64,000 nucleotides of DNA, from assembly GCA_002269645.1 (NCBI GenBank), contig NIVC01000369.1, forward strand, positions 62,001 to 126,000. The letters run 5' to 3'. The stretch is from Macrostomum lignano (Eukaryota). A model generated the notes under the pieces. It was given only the letters and a program-made list of their open reading frames with translations. It made no database searches and was not told the DNA's origin. This document shows positions 34,234 to 46,789 of the stretch, piece after piece. Positions within the stretch are counted from its first letter, which is position 1; the number at the start of each line of letters is the position of its first letter. The position numbers and the translations under genes are program-made.

Positions 34234-36008
34234 ATGGGCCCCTGCATTCATCAGTTAACGACTGTTTGGCTGACTTCTATTGCCACCTGCTGCGATATTG
34301 GAGGTGAGACTGGCAGGTTTAATTCAGTATTCACGACTCGGGGAATGTCAAGGTCACGGCTTAGCTAGCGTTCACAAAATAATATATTATCGAGGTCACA
34401 GTCTCATTCACAGATTTCTAGGTCGCACTTTAATTCACGGAATCATAGCATACGAGTAAATCACACTTCAGTTCGCGGTTACATTCACAGAATCATATTC
34501 ACATTCACATTCACAGAATCATATAATATCACATTCACATTCACAGAATCATATAATATCACAGTCACATTCACAGAATCATGTTATCACATGCAATGGC
34601 AATCATCCATCAAAAGTCTATAATAACTATTATAACAAGTATTATCCCCAACCGCCTACCAAAACCCCACCATTACAGCAGTGACCGCAGACAGCTTTCA
34701 AGCCCAGTTCAGCAGTCCAGTTCACTACGGCTTGGCAATCGCTGGCATCAGCTTGGGTGCCGCAATTGCTGCCGCTCTCTTTGTGCTGCTCATCTACTGC
34801 CTTGTTAAGCGGCGTCAGAGAGAGGAGTGAGCGATCGATCTTAATGACAGTATAGCGATTTTGTTAACTAATTTCAATTTACTAATATTCAGCTGTACAG
34901 GTGTAACTCATTGAAACTTGTTATAACTAATGACACTCACTATCTAACATTTCTCACGATCGCACTGTCTAACATGTCTAACAGATTACCACCTTTGTCT
35001 AACAGATGAACACACACACACTGTCTAACAGGTGAACACAAAAAACTGTTCTAACAAAACCTGCATAACTACGGAAACCCTGCAGTGAGAAGGATGCAAC
35101 CAGATCCGACACAGAGGTCACAAATTCGATCAACTCTCGAGGAGGCGCTGGAGTAGTAGCCGGTGCCAGCAACTTCGGCCCGATGGCACTGCCGGGAGTT
35201 GCCAAGCCGGCTGAAGCGGTCAGGAATGGTGGCAAAGTGCAAACTGCAGATGCTGGCAACGGAGCCGGGGTCAGAGGCGGCAGCGGCAGCGGAGGAGGTG
35301 ACAGCGGTGGACGAAAGCGAACTCGACCTGTGCCGGCCAATGTTCAGTGTAAGTTGTGCTGGCGTTTTCTGGATTGGTAGATTGACGGATAGATGAGTGA
35401 TTAGTCACTTTGATGATTGATTGATCAATTATTGATTGATTGATTCAGCCATTACTTGAACAGTTGATTAATTGTTTGATTGACTGACTGATTGATTGAT
35501 AGATTGATTGACTGACTGACTGACTGACTGACTGACTGACTGACTGACTGACTGACTGACTGACTGACTGACTGACTGACTGACTGACTGACTGACTGAC
35601 TGACTGACTGACTGACTGACTGACTGACTGACTGACTGACTGACTGACTGACTGACTGACTGACTGACTGACTGACTGACTGACTGACTGACTGACTGAC
35701 TGACTGACTGACTGACTGACTGACTGACTGACTGACTGACTGACTGACTGACTGACTGACTGACTGACTGACTGACTGACTGACTGACTGACTGACTGAC
35801 TGACTGACTGACTGACTGACTGACTGACTGACTGACTGACTGACTGACTGACTGACTGACTGACTGACTGACTGACTGACTGACTGACTGACTGACTGAC
35901 TGACTGACTGACTGACTGACTGACTGACTGACTGACTGACTGACTGACTGACTGACTGACTGACTGACTGACTGACTGACTGACTGACTGACTGACTGAC
36001 TGACTGAC

Positions 36009-36049
<41 letters not shown>

Positions 36050-37896
36050 TCTTTATTTAATTATCGATTTTTGATTGACTGCTTGACTGGTTGATTGATT
36101 GAATATTTGAATAATTTATTGATTTATTGATCGATTGCTGATGATTGATTGATTGATAGCCTAATTAATTACTGGATTGATTGATTGATTAATTGATTCA
36201 TCGATTGATCAATTGATTCCTTAATTGATTTACTGACTGATTGATCGATTATTGATAGATTGATTTGTTGAATGAAATATCGATTAAATAACTGACAAAT
36301 TAGTTTAACAGCAATGTATACTATGTGTCTTCACTTACTCATCGGCAGTGTACATGTGACTCACTCAGAGTGGTAAATCTATCATGAGCGAGAATCAAAC
36401 CCAAGAACTCAGTAGTACTTGCATCACATCTCAATAATCAAATTGTATCGGCTGATTTATAAAATTCCAGCTATTTTCCAACGCACTACTTTCAGACACG
36501 AATCCAGCCTTCAGCTCCAGTTCGAACCAGCTCGATGGAGCAGCGGTTGTGGGCTCGACCACCAGTCTGTTTCGGAATTCCAGCCTTCTGAGACCGGTGT
36601 CTTACACGGCTTCGCTTGAGTCCAGTAAGATTTAAGCTCTGATTGACGTTTGCTATTGTAGATTATGGATGTTGGATGCTGGGGAATATGGATGCTGGAG
36701 TATTGATTACGGATAAACGGACGATGCATAATGGTCGATGATAAATGCTAGATTAGCGATGATGAATGATGGATGAAGGATGCTGGATTATGGATGATGA
36801 ATGCTGGATTAGGGATGAAGGATGCTGGGTTAGGGATGTTGGATGAAGGATGCTGGATTAGATATATTGGATGAAGGATGCTGGATTAGGGATGTTAGAT
36901 GAAGGATGCTGGATTAGGGATGTTGGATGAAGGATGTTGGATTAAGGATCATAGATGCTTGATTGTGATTATCGATAATGGATGCTGAAAGATGAATGCT
37001 ACTAGATGATGCATGATAGATACCGTATCATTTCGAGCACTTGCATCTATGCATGTCAGAATAATACTCGATCAGGTTTTTGTCTCCCAGCTACAACTCA
37101 GTCCCCCAAAACACGCATCAAACCAGACAAACCCAGCGACCGACCGGACTCATTGGCCCCTGGCAAGAGCTCAGCCGCTCTAATCCAGCATCCGCAGGTG
37201 CGAACTTCTCCCGCAACAACCCTGGATCCGCGCACCTTTCTCAGTCAAGACGGTCTCGGCCCGACATCCCGACGCGCTGTTGCCGTCTCAGACTACTCAA
37301 AGCGGCTGTCTTACGCTGAGCAGCAACCCCAGCAGCAGCAGCAACAGCAACAGCCGCAACAACATCAGAAGCGACTGTCCTATGCCGAACAGCGAGCCAA
37401 AACTGGTAGCAGTGTAGAGCTCGTCAGCGGCCAAGTTTTCGCTTCATCTCCAGTCTCCTACTCAGCTACTAGCAGTAGCAGCTCGGGCCAGGACCGCTCC
37501 CTGCCCAGGCAGTCGGCTGCCATGGTTCGAGTCCTGCCAACTCAGATCGAAGAGGAACTTTTAGGCAGGAAGAAGCACCCGGCACCGCCGCCGCCACCGC
37601 AGGCTGTGCAAGTTGGCCCGAGCTTTCCTAAGACAGCAACTAGGTCGGATTCTTTTGCAAGGCAACAAAAACCACAACCGGAACAGGTGGAAGACCCGGT
37701 ACCGCCCAGGCACCGGGGCCTCAACCGGGTCAATCTTGGCGGCGAAGAGGACGGACGAAGCGTGACGAGCACTGTGCTCAAGCAGGAGGGTGAGAATTCT
37801 AGTATAAGTTTTTGTTGAGTTCTCTATTTTGGATTGGTTGCCATAGCAACCGTAGCAACTATAGACAGGCATCATGCAGTCACATTTTACATGTAA
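34234..37896 (+). CDS. Putative single-pass membrane protein, 6 exons (34234-34303, 34640-34826, 35086-35348, 36496-36624, 37091-37789, 37847-37896), 465 aa
   Basis: All GT-AG junctions join in frame (phases 1,2,1,1,1). TM segment YGLAIAGISLGAAIAAALFVLLIYCLV followed by KRRQR, a YTNPAF motif, a low-complexity Ser/Gln/Pro tail and C-terminal ...HHAVTFYM*. The N-terminus and last exon are less certain. Confidence 0.62.
34440..34582 (+). repeat. Short degenerate tandem repeat (TCACATTCACAGAATCATATAATA), 3-4 copies, intronic
   Basis: Direct reading. Confidence 0.7.
35509..36010 (+). repeat. Perfect (TGAC)n, ~125 units, flanked by (TGAT)n
   Basis: Direct reading; intron 3 of the membrane-protein model. 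Confidence 0.97.
36745..36985 (+). repeat. Degenerate ~30-bp tandem repeat (GGATGAAGGATGCTGGATTAGGGATGTT), intronic
   Basis: About 5-6 copies of GAAGGATGCTGGATTA visible. Confidence 0.75.
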
Positions 37897-40800
37897 ATTA
37901 TTTGGCATAGAGAAGAGAGAAGAGAAATAGGAGACAGGAGAGGCGAGGAAATAGAGGAGAAAAGAGTAGAGGCGAGAGGAGAGGAGAGAGCTGAGAAGAG
38001 ACCCGAGGGCCGGATAGAGGGCCGAGGCTTCGCGGGCGCCGCATGTGGAATTTGCCGACCCGTGGTTCAGATTGCTTTATCACTATGGGATTTCCCTCTA
38101 TATGGTTTCTATGTTTCTATTTTTGGATAGAGGGATACCCACTACCGGCGTGCGATTGGGATTCGTTTAGTCACGTGACTTTTATTACATTTACAATACG
38201 AGCTAATTTTAATTACGCGATCTTCCGCGTTTGGTCGCGTGATTAAACTTTTGTGCAACATTTAAAAAATTTAAATTTATAAGTTCAAGGTCTACTATTT
38301 TACTAATAAATTAAATTTGGATTATAAAAGTTTCAGCGAACCTGTAACTTTTCACACGAATTTCAGCTCTGCAAGCTTTTGAATTCCTGGACACGCTGGA
38401 GTGATCGAAATCGATGAGTTGAGGTGCTCAAGACCCAATTTTATTATTTATAAATTATGCAACTTAAAAAAACACTGGTTGGTTCCAATTGTACTATACG
38501 ATGAAAAATGGATGAAATTTAATTTGTTAATATTCGCTATTTTTTATGTTTAAACGGCTATAAAAAGTAAGTGTTTTAAATTGCCCATTTTTTTGTCTAA
38601 ATGCTCTCGACATTCGTTGCTCGTCCGACAACATATACGGTATATACCCTCGTATACAAGTTTCTTAAATGACTCATGCATATAACTTATATTGAAAAGA
38701 AGTAACCTACGTTTTAAATAATTTACTTCTCTCAACTTTATTTACTGATCTGATTCATATGCATTCCTTTGTCATCCAATGTCTGCAGTAACAGTATTAG
38801 TTCGTTTAAATTACGGACAAAAACCTTAATTTACCATCTTCTTTGTTGTCTCTTTAATATGAACTTTTAGAAAGAAACTATATTTAACAGACTGACAATA
38901 AATTTGAACACAAATTAAATTACTGATCATCTATAAATGCATATTATGTACTTTATTTTGCATTCGATATTTTCGATCGACATGTACACATGATGTACTT
39001 CGCAGTTTTCAAATTCTCTTCTTTAATGATGAACGAGATGATGGCATTGCGATCCTCTCGCGGCTAGCTACATATGATAGATCTTGCTTTTCGGGCGAAG
39101 CAAGCGAGTTTCTCAGCATCCGGGTCTCTAGCAGCACCAGATATTCTCGTGTGGACGACGTCAGGAATTAATTATTGTGGCAAGACCGCCGAGAAGTATA
39201 TAGCGACGAACTTCTGGTCAGACGCTCGATCGATCTCGATCCGTCGACTCTCAGCAAAATGGTACGAAGTCCCATAGCTGACATCTGGACATCCTGGGAG
39301 TAAATAACCAGGCCGACACTCGCCGCAACAAGTACTGCAACCATGAATGCAGGCCGGGAAATACTGATTTCTGAGTTCCTGAAAGTACGCGGTTCTGAGC
39401 TACGTAAATGTATATTGCGTGAGACCTGTGTTATACTTTCGGATATCCGTGTCTTGTGTTGTCCGCCCAGATAGTACAAGTACTTTCTGGATCTCCCCCG
39501 GATATTCCAAGCATCTTAAAGTAATCCGGCCCGGATATCTCAGGCTGCTTTACGTTCTCCGGGGTGCTTCCAGTCTCCGCCCCCCGGAAGTCACAAGCAG
39601 GTTGAAATATATCCGGCCGAAAAACTAAAGGTTTGCTTTGCGATATCCGAATTATTGTGATATGTCCGGGTCAAAAAACGATAATGTAATGTAAAAAATA
39701 AAAATAATTTTTGGAACAAAAAGACACTATATAAGTGAACGTGTTTCAAGGATGTAAAATTACTGAGTTAGGAAAATCTTTAAAAGTTTATAAATACTAT
39801 ATATAATTTGGTGAATGAAATATCCTGGTTGTTGATCATTGTCCTTTAAGTTGGTCGCCCCTTTCGGCCCACAAAAAATTTTATATACCAAATCTTCAAT
39901 AGAACCCTATGCCGCTATAGAAGTTTAGATATAAAAATCAATCCCCATTAAGAACTCCCCACCCTAAAGCCCCCATTCCCCCATATGCCACGGTGGGTGG
40001 CTTTGCATGAGCTACTTTTCATTGTAAAAGGGCGGAGTAAAGAGGCCATGAGAGCGCGCTCTTTATTCCCATTTAATATGCCTCGACGTTTAGTGTTTTG
40101 ATCTTTTCCCTGAATTCATTCTCCGTAAAGAGCACACGCCGCTATTGTTCCGGGTGCCTTTTCTTGCCACAGTTCCGGTTTCTCACTTTTTAGAACAATT
40201 GACCGTCTTGGAAGAAGAGGCTTTATAATTTACTTTTCTCTCGAATTTTGCGCTTCAAATTGTCCCTCACTTTGGCCAGTAAGTCTCCGGGAATATTGAA
40301 CGTAGTCGTTCAATACGAGCTCGACAAAGAACACTTGGTTTAGAGTCGCTTTTGCCATGTTTTGCCTTGGGTTGTCTGGGACTGGAGATTGCAAAGCAAA
40401 GTCACACTTGTCTTGCAATCTCCGGCCAGAGACTGCAAGCGCATGGAGATTGCAAAGAATAACACCAAGTATCAGTCAGCAGGTACAATAAAACTCCAAG
40501 TTTTTACTATCTACCATTTTATTTTCCACGTCGAATTTCTTGTTACATCTTTTATTCTTTTTTAGAAAATTGCTAGAATACCATACTTGCAAAGAACGTT
40601 CGCGATAAAGTATTCGTTAATAATTTAAACGTTATAACAAATTTCTTAACAAAAGTTCAAGGTCAAACATTTATCATTCCCAAATTATAAAAATTAAAAT
40701 TAGGTGTAAATATAAGTATAGTCTCATTTTCGATAAAATCCTAGCTACACTACAATGCGCACGTGTTCATTAGTGCAGTGATTTGTATTGGCTAATGGGA

Positions 40801-42758
40801 CGGGACTCGGTCGAGGAGTGCTCAGCTTAATTTTTTGATACCTTTTTGGCTTTTTTATAGTTTTTTTAAGCAAAATAAATGAACTAAGCGTATTTCCACT
40901 GTTTATAATTGGGCCCAAATGAATCAAGCTAGGCCTAGGACCTAATATAACATTCAATAGAATAAGACTAAGTTTCGAACCAATATTCTCTGCGATTGAA
41001 TAAATTATAAAGATCAAATTCCCAAGAGGCCTATGGCTATACAGTTAATACTTAGGCCTGCCTAAAGCAAAGGATTGAATACAAACTGATTTTAATGACT
41101 GGGCTATATCTACATTTTCCTTTAGCCACAAGCCTACTGCTGAGCTCAAGCCAGTAGTGAAAGGGTTAGTGATCTCTTGGAACAATGTGCAAGTTTATTT
41201 AAAATTGCGGGAAAGAGAGGTTTTAGATTTGTCTTCAATTTTAGTATATGCTTTGCTTGCCACAGGGCATAGGTTGGGATGGCAGTTGTTATGCACATGT
41301 TGCTATACACCCATGTGCAGTGGGGAGGCCTATTTATAGAAATATCGATAGATAGGCCCTATATAGACCACTATTTTGTTATCATCCCAATGTAAGTTAG
41401 AGAGCCTAAGTGTAAATATTTTTTTTAAGTTTTTTCTTTGACAGTATTTTTCTTTTCTTTCTAGGCCCTATGCCTTTTTGCTTTTATTCTATATTTATAT
41501 TTATATTATATTTATATAGTTATAACTATATTGCAAATTCTTTTTTTTTAAACTTATTCTTTATTAGAATTTGCCTTCTATAATTTCTATATATTGGAAA
41601 TTTTCAAATCATGGGAACTTCTCTTAAGTCCTTATATATAAATATTTAAATTTTGAATATTTATTTCTAGTTTAATATTATAGGCCCTAGTTCAATAATG
41701 TTATATCAACATAACCCTATTTTAAGAAGCTTGAAATTGAGAAATTTCTATCATAGGGGCCTATCTTTTAATACATTGTGTCAAATGAAAAATTTTTGTG
41801 TTGGCATACAAACCTGGTGTACAAACAAGGTCTCATTATTTTTTCTGGCATTAAACCCGGCATATACTAATACATGATCCAAACTATTGATTGACCAGTG
41901 TTTCTTAGCCTTTTTTCAGGCTATCCTAATTTATTTATTCACTTGCATTATTTTTTAATGTTTGCGACCCCTTTTATAATCTATATAATGCATCATCAAG
42001 TATGACATACTCATATATTTCTTAGTGTTGCAACCCCAATAAAATGGTTGTGACCCACAGGTTAAGAACCACTGGCCTATACCACCTTCCTAGGCCCTAA
42101 CTCATAACTGGTTAACTTATTGTTTATAACTATTAGTGTTATAGATAGTAATATATAATGTATCATGTATCATAATTGTATAGGCCTTAAGTCTAATTAG
42201 CCAACAAGAAACTAATAAAGCTAAGCTTAACTTGACAACTTAAAATTTATGATTACTTACTTGAATAAAAATCTAGACTCATTTGAGACTCTAACATGCT
42301 TAAAAGTTAGAATACAGAGTTCTTGGAAAACATTTACAAATTATACTCAATATGTTCAATAATTTCAGCATCTATATAATATAAACTATCCTTGACTAAG
42401 TTATATATTCTTAATTGGTATTTGTTGCCTATTGTCAATCTATTAAATTTAGTAGATAAAGGCTAAAGTGGTACATAGTAGTTAAGTTTTAACAGTATAT
42501 ATATTCTAATGTGTACTTATTTATAATGAGTCATCCTATAAGCTATTCTAAATTTGCTATCTATAGTACTTATATAGTTTAATGTAGCTTATCAGAGTCT
42601 AGCCTAGTTTATTAGATCCAAATTTTATTAAAGATCTTTACTGGACTGATGTTTAATAATTTGATATAACATTTTTCGTTTTTTTGTTTTCAGTAAAAAA
42701 TTGACAAGCAAAAGAAAAGAAAAGAAAAGAAATTCTCAAGAAATTGTTCCACTGATAA

Positions 42759-43482
42759 ATGAGTGCCAACACTTGTGGCAGCAAAAGCAGCAACAGCAGC
42801 AGCCGCCAAGCCAAAGACGCTCTGGCCGCTAAGCTCGAGCAATTGACCAAAGAACTGCATAAAAAGCGGCGGCTTTTGGAAAGAAGCGAAGGACACGCGG
42901 CAGCAGCCAACGCAGCCTCTGCCGATGCGGCCACTTCTTCTAAATCTAATCAGGAGAATGACATAATCGATCAAGTAACTGATGACGTCATAATCCCAAT
43001 GGACACAAGCGGCGATTTGTTTGAAATCAAATGCGATGATAATGACGTCACCATTCGGGATAAAACTGACCCGGGATGCCAGGCTACAGTGCCTGTTAGT
43101 TACCATGGCAACCAGCAGGTAGATCCTGTCGATGTTGATGCAGAATCTTGTTTCGCCTGTTGCGAGATACGGGCTCTCAGTTTGGCACCCGGTTGTTATG
43201 GCAACCAAGACCAGGGTAGGACTGGAGTCATGTGCGCTACTTCTAGCGAGGAGTTCGGCAGTGTGGTTGTGCTGGACACCGGACCGGACTGCGTGAGCGT
43301 GCTGGCCGGTGACCGAGTTCGACAGCTCAGCCTGGGCCGCTGCGTTGTTGCCAAGTGTTGCCGGGCTGTTGCTGGGCGAATCCTGCTGGCTGTAGCTTAT
43401 CCCCAGGCTGTGGCTCTCATGCTGACAGAGCTGGGCACTTGCGACACTGGCGACCAATCTTGGCCTCATTGGCAGCTGATGG
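42759..43482 (+). CDS. Uncharacterised gene, probable coding exon 1 (coiled-coil N-terminus, then Cys/Val-rich region)
   Basis: 241-codon non-repetitive ORF from ATG. Upstream acceptor TTTTCAG at 42693 and donor G|GTGAGC at 43483 (phase 1). No family confidently recognised. Confidence 0.65.
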
Positions 43483-43496
43483 GTGAGCCGCCATAA

Positions 43497-44936
43497 CCAG
43501 ATCCCCAGATGAAGCTCCCAGATCCCCAGATTAAGCTACCAGCCTCCCAGATCCCCAGATGAAGCTCCCAGCCTCCCAGATCCCCAGATTAAGCTACCAG
43601 CCTCTCAGATCCCCAGATTAAGCTACCAGCCTCCCAGATCCCCAGATTAAGCTACCAGCCTCCCAGATCCCCAGATTAAGCTACCAGCCTCTCAGATCCC
43701 CAGATTAAGCTACCAGCCTCCCAGATCCCCAGATTAAGCTACCAGCCTCCCAGATCCCCAGATTAAGCTACCAGCCTCCTAGATCCCCAGATGAAGCTCC
43801 CAGCCTCCCAGATCCCCAGATTAAGCTCCCAGCCTCCCAGATCCCCAGATGAAGCTCCCAGCCTCCCAGATCCCCAGATTAAGCTCCCAGCCTCCCAGAT
43901 CCCCAGATTAAGCTACCAGCCTCCCAGATCCCCAGATAAAGCTACTAGCCTCCCAGATCCCCAGATTAAGCTCCCAGCCTACCGGATCCTCAGATGAAGC
44001 TACCAGCCTCCCAGATACCAGATGAAGCTACCAGCCTCCCAGATCCCCAGATAAAGCTACCAGCCTCCCAGATCCCCAGATTAAGCTACCACAATACCAG
44101 ATCCCCAGATTAAGCTACCAGCCTCCTAGATCCCAAGATTAAGCTACCAGCCTCCCAGATCCCCAGATTAAGCTACCAGCCTCCCAGATCCCCAGATTAA
44201 GCTACCAGCCTCCCAGATCCCCAGATAAAGCTACTAGCCTCCCAGATCCCCAGATTAAGCTACTAGCCTCCCAGATCCCCAGATTAAGCTACCAGCCTCC
44301 CAGATCCCCAGATAAAGCTACTAGCCTCCCAGATCCCCAGATTAAGCTCCCAGCCTCCCAGATCCCCAGATTAAGCTACCAGCCTCCCAGATCCCCAGAT
44401 TAAGCTACCACAATACCAGATCCCCAGATTAAGCTACTAGCCTCCCAGATCCCCAGATTAAGCTACCAGCCTCCCAGATCCCCAGATAAAGCTACTAGCC
44501 TCCCAGATCCCCAGATTAAGCTCCCAGCCTCCCAGATCCCCAGATTAAGCTACCAGCCTCCCAGATCCCCAGATTAAGCTACCACAATACCAGATCCCCA
44601 GATTAAGCTTACCAGCCTCCCAGATCCCCAGATTAAGCTTACCAGCCTCCCAGATCCCCAGATTAAGCTACTAGCCTCCCAGATCCCCAGATTAAGCTAC
44701 CAGCCTCCCAGATCCCCAGATAAAGCTACTAGCCTCCCAGATCCCCAGATTAAGCTCCCAGCCTCCCAGATCCCCAGATTAAGCTACCAGCCTCCCAGAT
44801 CCCCAGATTAAGCTACCACAATACCAGATCCCCAGATTAAGCTTACCAGCCTCCCAGATCCCCAGATTAAGCTTACCAGCCTCCCAGATCCCCAGATTAA
44901 GCTACCACAATACCAGATCCCCAGATTAAGCTACCA
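43497..44936 (+). repeat. Minisatellite, 29-bp unit CCCAGATCCCCAGATTAAGCTACCAGCCT, ~49 copies, filling an intron
   Basis: Direct reading; starts 14 nt after the donor. Confidence 0.97.
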
Positions 44937-44939
44937 TAG

Positions 44940-45745
44940 TTGACAATCCACCATTTGCCCCACCAATCCGCAGGCGCGCTTCCCTGGTCAGGTGGCAGCA
45001 GCGTGGATTTTATCCCCACAGCTTCTACAGTTATTTCTGCATCCTCAAGCGGACTCGGCTGGACGCGAACTGCTGCTTGGTTGAGCGAAGACTGTTGAAC
45101 TGCCAGATCAGCGGTGCGGTGTCGTGCAGAGCCGATGGCATCCAAGGCGATCCCAGCAGGCATAGAGGTGTGAAAATTGCGGGACTCGAGTCCAGCATTG
45201 CCTGGCTGTGCTGCCGCTGCCATCAAATCCACTGCTGCCTGACTGCGCCAGCTGAAGTCCAGTCAGTGCCGGACACAGTTATTAATATTTATTGCGAAGA
45301 ATTCGGTAGTGAGCAGCAGGTTGCTGACTGCTGTCTCATTTGGTGCGAGTTCAGACTCAAGGACCGATTGTTGCTATGCCACTTGCTGTCGGCTGACAAC
45401 AGCGAAGTCTTGTTGCTGTGCTCAAAAATCAGTACTGATCATAAATCATTACCGTCTGGCACCTGTCTAATCAGCCGGTTCCGCTTGAGCCGCGAGTCTG
45501 AGCCGCTGCATCGGTGGGCAGATGTGGTTTGTCTCCGACCTGGCCGACTCTTGGCCATAGACAGCGGCAGACTGCATCGGTTGGAGTACGGCAGCTGGGG
45601 CTTCCAGTCCGCCTGTCTGTCCGATTGCTGCAGCTGGAGACTGGCGTCTCAGCTCCATCGGTTGCTGGTTAACCATTGCCCGATGCAGCTGTGCCTGCTG
45701 CCGTGTGCTTCGGATGACAGCGGCTTGTGTCTCTGCATTGACTGA
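44940..45745 (+). CDS. Probable exon 2 of the uncharacterised gene (Cys/Leu-rich); acceptor ambiguous
   Basis: The frame of ORF 45077-45745 is open back to 44942. It is in frame with exon 1 only if acceptor CATAG|44940 is used. Confidence 0.5.
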
Positions 45746-45764
45746 CTGCAGCTGTTGTTCAAGT

Positions 45765-45942
45765 GCTCAGTAAGCCTGAGTTGGTTAAACTGTGCTCAAT
45801 AAGCCTGAGTTGGTTAAACTGTGCTCAGTAAGACTGAGTTGGTTAAACTGTGCTCAGTAAGACTGAGTTGGTTAAACTGTGCTCAGTAAGACTGAGTTGG
45901 TTGAATTGTGCTTAATAAGCTTGGGTTGATTAAACTGTGCTC
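45765..45942 (+). repeat. Short array, 29-bp unit CTCAGTAAGACTGAGTTGGTTAAACTGTG, ~6 copies, with CTCAG/CTGAG mini-hairpin
   Basis: Direct reading; 20 nt after the stop codon. Confidence 0.9.
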
Positions 45943-46789
45943 ACAATTTGTGACTCTGAGTCGGTATCGATTTTTTAATCAGAATTGAATCTGGAGAGAG
46001 TGCAGAAATTCGGATTCAATTCATATTAAAGGACAAGGATGATGGCACGGCAACTCTGCAATTATGGGATTAAGGACAATGAAATTGGGATTTTTAGGGC
46101 ACTGTTGACGGAGAAATGCTTATAAGTAGTATGTATGCAGTATGCTTATTTACTTGGATGTCTTTGATAAATTTATAACAAATTTTTCGTTCTGCATTTT
46201 TTATTCTAAAAATAACCCTGCTTTGTGTGCTCTGTTTTGTTTTATTTACGGTAAAATTTATTAACGTTCTTGTAAACTTGAATATGAGTGCACTTGTACT
46301 TTAAAGTTACAGTCGCATTTTCCAATGGAAAAGAAATTGCATTTTCTTAATAGTTACAGCATGTGCATAAATTATCAAATTTCAGATACACGGTGTTTAT
46401 TTCTGCTGAAATTATTAAAAAATTAGCAGACTTGAGTTTATTCCGCGTTAAAGTTTAAAAGTTTGGTTTGTCTTAATTTGAACTTGATTTCGATTTTTTA
46501 AGAAACGTATCTACGAAAAGGGCCACCAACTTGGTGCAGTCCAAAGCAGGTGCACGACTCTCTGAGATGGAGTGCATGAGCATTGAGCAGAATCCAACCG
46601 AGATTCAGGCAGCCCCATCATGCTCAAAGTCGCCTGACCTGTTTGAAGTTCTCGCGGGTGTCAGTCAAAATGCCGCAGGACAGAAGCCTTGGTTGGGGGG
46701 TGGAAATAATTGATTGGGTCATGGAGAAATTTAACAAAGCCAAAAAGTTGTCTTACACTCCTGTCTACTAACTTAAAGTACTTTTAACC

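Noticed and set aside
25930-38050. Loose inverted similarity between 25930-26080 and 37905-38050 (CCACATGCGGC...CT-rich...CTATGCCA)
   Set aside because: The match is dominated by low-complexity CT/AG sequence, and no TIR/TSD could be defined.
38970-39330. Minus-strand frame PGYLLPGCPDVSYGTSYHF... vaguely THAP-like
   Set aside because: It has multiple stops and lacks the full C2CH signature. It is too weak to call without a profile search.
40384-40455. 11-bp inverted repeat GGAGATTGCAA/TTGCAATCTCC with a third direct copy
   Set aside because: It is an isolated hairpin with no supporting context; a bacterial-style terminator reading is inappropriate in this genome.
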